Assembly (NCBI GenBank): GCA_963701025.1
Contig: OY969557.1
Location: 570,042-634,041 of the forward strand
Length of the DNA: 64,000 bases
Source: an uncultured bacterium
GTDB taxonomy: Bacteria; Patescibacteriota; Minisyncoccia; Phycocordibacterales; PALSA-1337
Direction: 5' to 3'
The position numbers and the translations under genes are program-made. This document shows positions 60,223 through 64,000 of the stretch, piece by piece (position 1 is the first letter of the stretch; each line of letters starts with the position of its first letter). Below the pieces are notes generated by a model that worked only from the letters and a program-made list of their open reading frames with translations, did not search any database and was not told where the DNA came from.

Positions 60223-61482
60223 TCATTTAGTTGCTTTGGGTAGTGCTCCGGGCCAAGCCAAGCGGTGATCAATGCGATATTTATCAACATCCTTCCATAT
60301 ATTTCCATCATCGCTTTCGTGAAATGAAATACGATTAAGTTCAAGATAGGTGTCCGACTGAACGACCACCCCTTCATATACAGAACTAAAAGCCTTGAGA
60401 CATTCATCCCAAACGGATTCATACTCCTCAAATTTCTTTAAGCGCATTTTCAACAAGAAGCTGTATGCTCCACCACCCCAATAGACGCTAATATTTGCAA
60501 TTTTTTTTACTTCTTGAAATGGTAATAATGTCTCATAAATTTCGCGTGCAAAAATACGCTTATTCGCCGCGCTAGCACTGCGTTCGTCAATTCTAAATGC
60601 CGCAAAAACCCTTAGCGGGTGGGATTCCTTTGTTCCATCAAAGGCAAGTCGCCCTATAGTAAGACCTAGTCCGGATAATGCTTTATTCTCTTCATCCCGG
60701 TTTTCACTAAGACTATCGTAAATAAGTTTGCTGACATCCATGTTGTCGAGGCGTGAAAACGAAATTGTTGGTTTTGATGATAATGAGTGGAATCCATCAA
60801 CTTTGAATCGCATTACTGAACCATTTTGCAACCGCTTAAATTCTGCCAGAATCCTGTCAATTTCCTGCGATGTCACCCCTGGCCTTTCCCAGATTCTCAA
60901 CAATAGATCAATTCCGCCAATGACTCTATACAACGAAAACCCCTGAATGTTGGACTTTTTTAATGTATCACAAATCCAAAGCGGGTCATTTCTGGAATTC
61001 TGCCCTTTCAAAAAGTAATAGCATAAATAATCGCCAAGTCTTTCATGAACAAATGGGTTCCACCTGTAAATGCTCGATGGAATGGATTGAGTTCCTTGGG
61101 CTGTGAATTCACCGTGCAGCGCAAGGACGATTTGCTTTTCTATATCGGCAACAATAGAGCGAATATCCGGCCTCTTTTCCGGATTAAGTGACAGCATGTC
61201 CTTAACGAGCAGTGCCATCTCTTCACCCATCTTTGCTTGAACTCCGCCTAAGTTTATATTGCCCGATTTGTGTAGTGTTTCATATGCGGCAAACTTTTCA
61301 GTAGGCGATAATGCTGACGACACATAGGGCTTATGGCCAGTTATAGCTTCGTAAAATAACACCCCAAGCGAGTAAATATCAGATGGAAAAGATGGCACAT
61401 ACTTTCGGTCGCTTTTTGGAACAAATGCTTCTGGTGCCATATACTCCGGAGTTCCCTCAACTCCATGTGAATCGTCTAACAC
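60223..61482 (-). pseudogene. Ser/Thr protein kinase gene, 5'-truncated at repeat 3
   Basis: Begins at GTPEYMAPE..SDIYSLGVLFYEAITG..PY..NPEKRP; N-lobe, HRD and DFG motifs missing. Confidence 0.85.
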
Positions 61483-61519
61483 CCTGCATAGGTATGTCGC
61501 ACAAAGGACATTGTGCAAC
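61483..61519. repeat. Repeat 3
   Basis: Exact 37-mer. Confidence 0.97.
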
Positions 61520-61663
61520 TCACCCCATCCTTTCTCCCATTGCTCACGACGATGTGTACCTGAATACGGCACAGACGGGTCTAAGAGGACTTCAAGTATC
61601 TTAATAATAGCTTGGTCAGTCTCTTTCTTATTGAGTAAACGGTATTTCATCTGTTTTATCATA

Positions 61664-61700
61664 CCTGCATAGGTATGTCGCACAAAGGACATTGTGCAAC
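61664..61700. repeat. Repeat 4
   Basis: Exact 37-mer. Confidence 0.97.
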
Positions 61701-61976
61701 CAACTCGCCAGGCCACCAGGGATCTTCGACATAAAACGTGCATGAGGATGCGCCCACCGCCGTCATTTTTTCGACCAGCATTTCCTCTGTCGCCCTAGGA
61801 GATGACATGCCCAAAGCAAACACTATGTCCAGTCACGGTCAAGAATAATTGTTACGATTTAGAAATAACCCGGTGACACTATTGCCATTGCGTGGATGAA
61901 AACGAAGCCGAATATGATTCGTTTGTTTGCCGGGCCAAACGAATTGTGTGTGAAGGCAATTCTCTGACTAAACATT

Positions 61977-62000
61977 AAAAAACCCGACAAATGTCGGGTT
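61977..62000 (-). terminator. Rho-independent terminator in spacer 4
   Basis: AACCCGACA-TT-TGTCGGGTT-TTTT on the minus strand. Confidence 0.75.
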
Positions 62001-62021
62001 GGAAACCGAGGGAAGCGTCAT

Positions 62022-62198
62022 TTAGCGGACATTCTGCTGAATGATCTTCATTACGCTCTGAGCGCACAATTCTGCCTCTCTCTTAGCCAACCCAAACGGG
62101 GAGGAGCGAAGGAAGCCGATGACAAGTTCTGAGAGGCTTTCGAAATAGGCTTGCGTGAAAGCCCCCTTGGTTAGTTTGCACGATTTATTATGTCTCAT
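62022..62198 (-). CDS. 58-aa hypothetical protein in spacer 4
   Basis: SD GGAGGT, then MRHNKSCKLTKGAFTQAYFESLSELVIGF..QQNVR*, then a terminator. Confidence 0.55.
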   Translation of the reverse strand: MRHNKSCKLTKGAFTQAYFESLSELVIGFLRSSPFGLAKREAELCAQSVMKIIQQNVR

Positions 62199-62279
62199 AC
62201 TACCTCCAGCAAAAGAAGTTTAACTTTAATAAAGAACTCATAACCCTAATATAAACGAAATGGTGTTTTTTGTAAAGCC

Positions 62280-62316
62280 CCTGCATAGGTATGTCGCACA
62301 AAGGACATTGTGCAAC
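62280..62316. repeat. Repeat 5
   Basis: Exact 37-mer. Confidence 0.97.
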
Positions 62317-62925
62317 AATTGGATTTTCCAAGAGAAATACAAACCAGGCGCACGATTGATCGAGTCACATATTGCGCGGACGTTAGGCACCTCTCAAACT
62401 CCAGTTCGGGAGGCCTTGCGCATTTTGGAAGAACGGGGTCTTATTACACACGTGCAAGACAAGGGCGCGACCGTGGTAAATTTGACTCAACAGGATATTA
62501 ACGAAATGCTCGATTTGAGGCGAACTTTAGAGCCAATGGCTTTGAAATCAGCACAACGGTTCGCGACTGAAGAAGAAAAAAGGCAACTTCAAAACGCATT
62601 AAATGAGCTAGGAGCGGCCGCAGATGAGAATGATTTGCTCAAATACCATATTTTGCACATGGATTTCCACCGGATGATTTGGCGTCTTGGCCACAATCAA
62701 CATCTTGCGGCCCTTTTGGATCGGGTCTGTGCCCCACTTTGGGCGTTTTACCGGCAGCGTGTTCGTAATAAATCAAATCGAAAATTGAGCGGAGCCAAAA
62801 CACACAAACCATTGGTAGATTTCGTGCTAAACAGTATGGATAATTCAATCACAGCTGAACAACTCATCGAGGAACATTTCAATGACGTCGCTGGATTCAC
62901 CCCGCGAAATATCTTGGCCAATTGA
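62317..62925 (+). CDS. GntR/FCD family regulator, native N-terminus replaced at repeat 5
   Basis: KPGARLIESHIARTLGTSQTPVREALRILEERGLI, FH..I...HN; first helix cut at the repeat. Confidence 0.85.
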   Translation, partial: NWIFQEKYKPGARLIESHIARTLGTSQTPVREALRILEERGLITHVQDKGATVVNLTQQDINEMLDLRRTLEPMALKSAQRFATEEEKRQLQNALNELGAAADENDLLKYHILHMDFHRMIWRLGHNQHLAALLDRVCAPLWAFYRQRVRNKSNRKLSGAKTHKPLVDFVLNSMDNSITAEQLIEEHFNDVAGFTPRNILAN

Positions 62926-63517
62926 ACTGGCCGACATTTTGCATAAAAGTTTTAGTGACCTGCCGAGGTTGGCGGCGGCGGGGATGCCGCTTTGTGATTG
63001 TGCAATCGACCACTTCGCGGTTGCTGTAACATCACCAAGGGAATTAAAATCATATTGGCAATCATTGACTGAAGGAGGTGCGGAAACAATTGAGCCTGTG
63101 CTTTTGTGGCCAGATGATGTTCCTGGGTGCCAACCGGTTTCGAACGAATCGAAAAAATGGATGGTGACACTCGATTGTTACCGTTTCAAACTCGTGCTTC
63201 TAGCTCCACACAATGAGAGTGATCTGATCGCTAGATTTCTTAAACACACAGGTACCGGTGTTCACCATCTGGCTTTTACAACGTCGAACATTCGGGCCAA
63301 GCTCGAAGAATGTCTTAATGTTTCTGGGGTGAGTCAGATAAGCCCTTTGGCCATTGATTCAAATTCCCTAAGTCAGGTCTTCGTCCGAATTATGGGCGAT
63401 GCGCGAATCATCGAACTAATTGAACGAAAGGACACTTTTCACGGAACATTTACCTGTCGCAACATCGCGGCATTAACCAAAGGAGAAGTCAATGAGAGCA
63501 TCAGCCAGAAAATATAG
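62882..63517 (+). CDS. VOC/glyoxalase superfamily protein
   Basis: IDHFAVAV, IARFLKHTGTGVHHLAF, IIELIER. Confidence 0.8.
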   Translation: MTSLDSPREISWPIELADILHKSFSDLPRLAAAGMPLCDCAIDHFAVAVTSPRELKSYWQSLTEGGAETIEPVLLWPDDVPGCQPVSNESKKWMVTLDCYRFKLVLLAPHNESDLIARFLKHTGTGVHHLAFTTSNIRAKLEECLNVSGVSQISPLAIDSNSLSQVFVRIMGDARIIELIERKDTFHGTFTCRNIAALTKGEVNESISQKI

Positions 63518-64000
63518 AACTCAATTGCAAGTAATTGATACTTTCAAAAAAACAGTTCGCCGCTTTGAGGGAGTTGTGGAGGCTCACGAATCACGATATG
63601 ACATCGCGCTATTCTGCACTCCAGCGGAACTCAAGGCAAAACCTTATCTCATTCACGGGCGGAGTGTCATTCAAATTGATACACTCCGCAATTCCACATC
63701 AATCACAGTGGCCTTGGCGGCTGGAGCCAAAGATGTGATCCTATATGGGAAACGAGAAGATTGTCTCAAAATACTTGCCGCAGATGCTAAATTATATTCT
63801 GGCCCCATATTACGGGCTGGAGAAATTGAAGGCCAGCCGATTCCTGAATTTGATTGTGGCAATTCGCCGCTCGAGTTCCAACCCGGAAAAGTCCGAGGCA
63901 GGCGGGTTTTTTACGCTAGCACTAACAACGGTTCGGCGTTGGCACTCCTGTTAGATTATACTACGGTAAATCAAGTGTTTTGGGCATGCATGCTCAATGC
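63492..64000 (+). CDS. 2-phosphosulfolactate phosphatase (ComB) family, 3' partial
   Basis: Manual translation gives IDTLRNSTSITVALAAGA..AGE..FDCGNSPLEF..STNNG; SD AAGGAG; open to the window end. Confidence 0.8.
   Translation, partial: MRASARKYRTQLQVIDTFKKTVRRFEGVVEAHESRYDIALFCTPAELKAKPYLIHGRSVIQIDTLRNSTSITVALAAGAKDVILYGKREDCLKILAADAKLYSGPILRAGEIEGQPIPEFDCGNSPLEFQPGKVRGRRVFYASTNNGSALALLLDYTTVNQVFWACMLN

Larger units (their letters stand above)
58670..62316. CRISPR. Atypical CRISPR-like array: five identical 37-bp repeats with gene-sized spacers; may continue past the window
   Basis: CCTGCATAGGTATGTCGCACAAAGGACATTGTGCAAC at 58670, 58920, 61483, 61664 and 62280; spacers 213, 2526, 144 and 579 bp; starts 11 bp after cas2. 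Confidence 0.85.

Noticed and set aside
60223-61743. 506-aa ORF as one native kinase gene
   Set aside because: It crosses two repeats and lacks the kinase N-lobe; it is a composite of separate inserts.
58660-62266. AAATGGTG before repeats 1 and 5 as a PAM or leader motif
   Set aside because: The distances to the repeat differ and it is absent at the other three junctions; spacer ends show no shared motif.
58670-62316. Integron cassette array or casposon as the explanation
   Set aside because: The repeats are identical 37-mers without attC R/L box structure, no IntI is adjacent and inserts cut genes mid-frame. No TIRs or family B polymerase are present as expected for a casposon.

Overview
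Chromosomal window from a Candidate Phyla Radiation (Patescibacteria, Parcubacteria-like) bacterium; the taxon is inferred from gene content and style. It spans the replication origin (rnpA-rpmH-dnaA-dnaN) and holds housekeeping genes (pnp, pcrA, rsmA, polA, mutM, ruvABC, murE, PBP1A), six tRNAs, parS-like sites, a decayed branched-chain amino acid ABC operon and a T4SS-like locus (PrgI, VirB4, VirB6-like, pilin). The standout feature is in the last 7 kb. Right after tRNA-Arg(GCG) come an intact cas1, a divergent cas2-like gene and five identical 37-bp CRISPR-like repeats (CCTGCATAGGTATGTCGCACAAAGGACATTGTGCAAC). The repeats are separated by 213, 2526, 144, 579 and >1684 bp of unrelated, foreign-looking DNA rather than 30-40 bp spacers. 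These inserts carry whole genes, Shine-Dalgarno sites, terminators and genes cut exactly at the repeats. This looks like a Cas1-Cas2 system that captures gene-sized DNA, with no effector visible in the window. Clustered indels elsewhere suggest imperfect read accuracy, so the array should be confirmed with raw reads.
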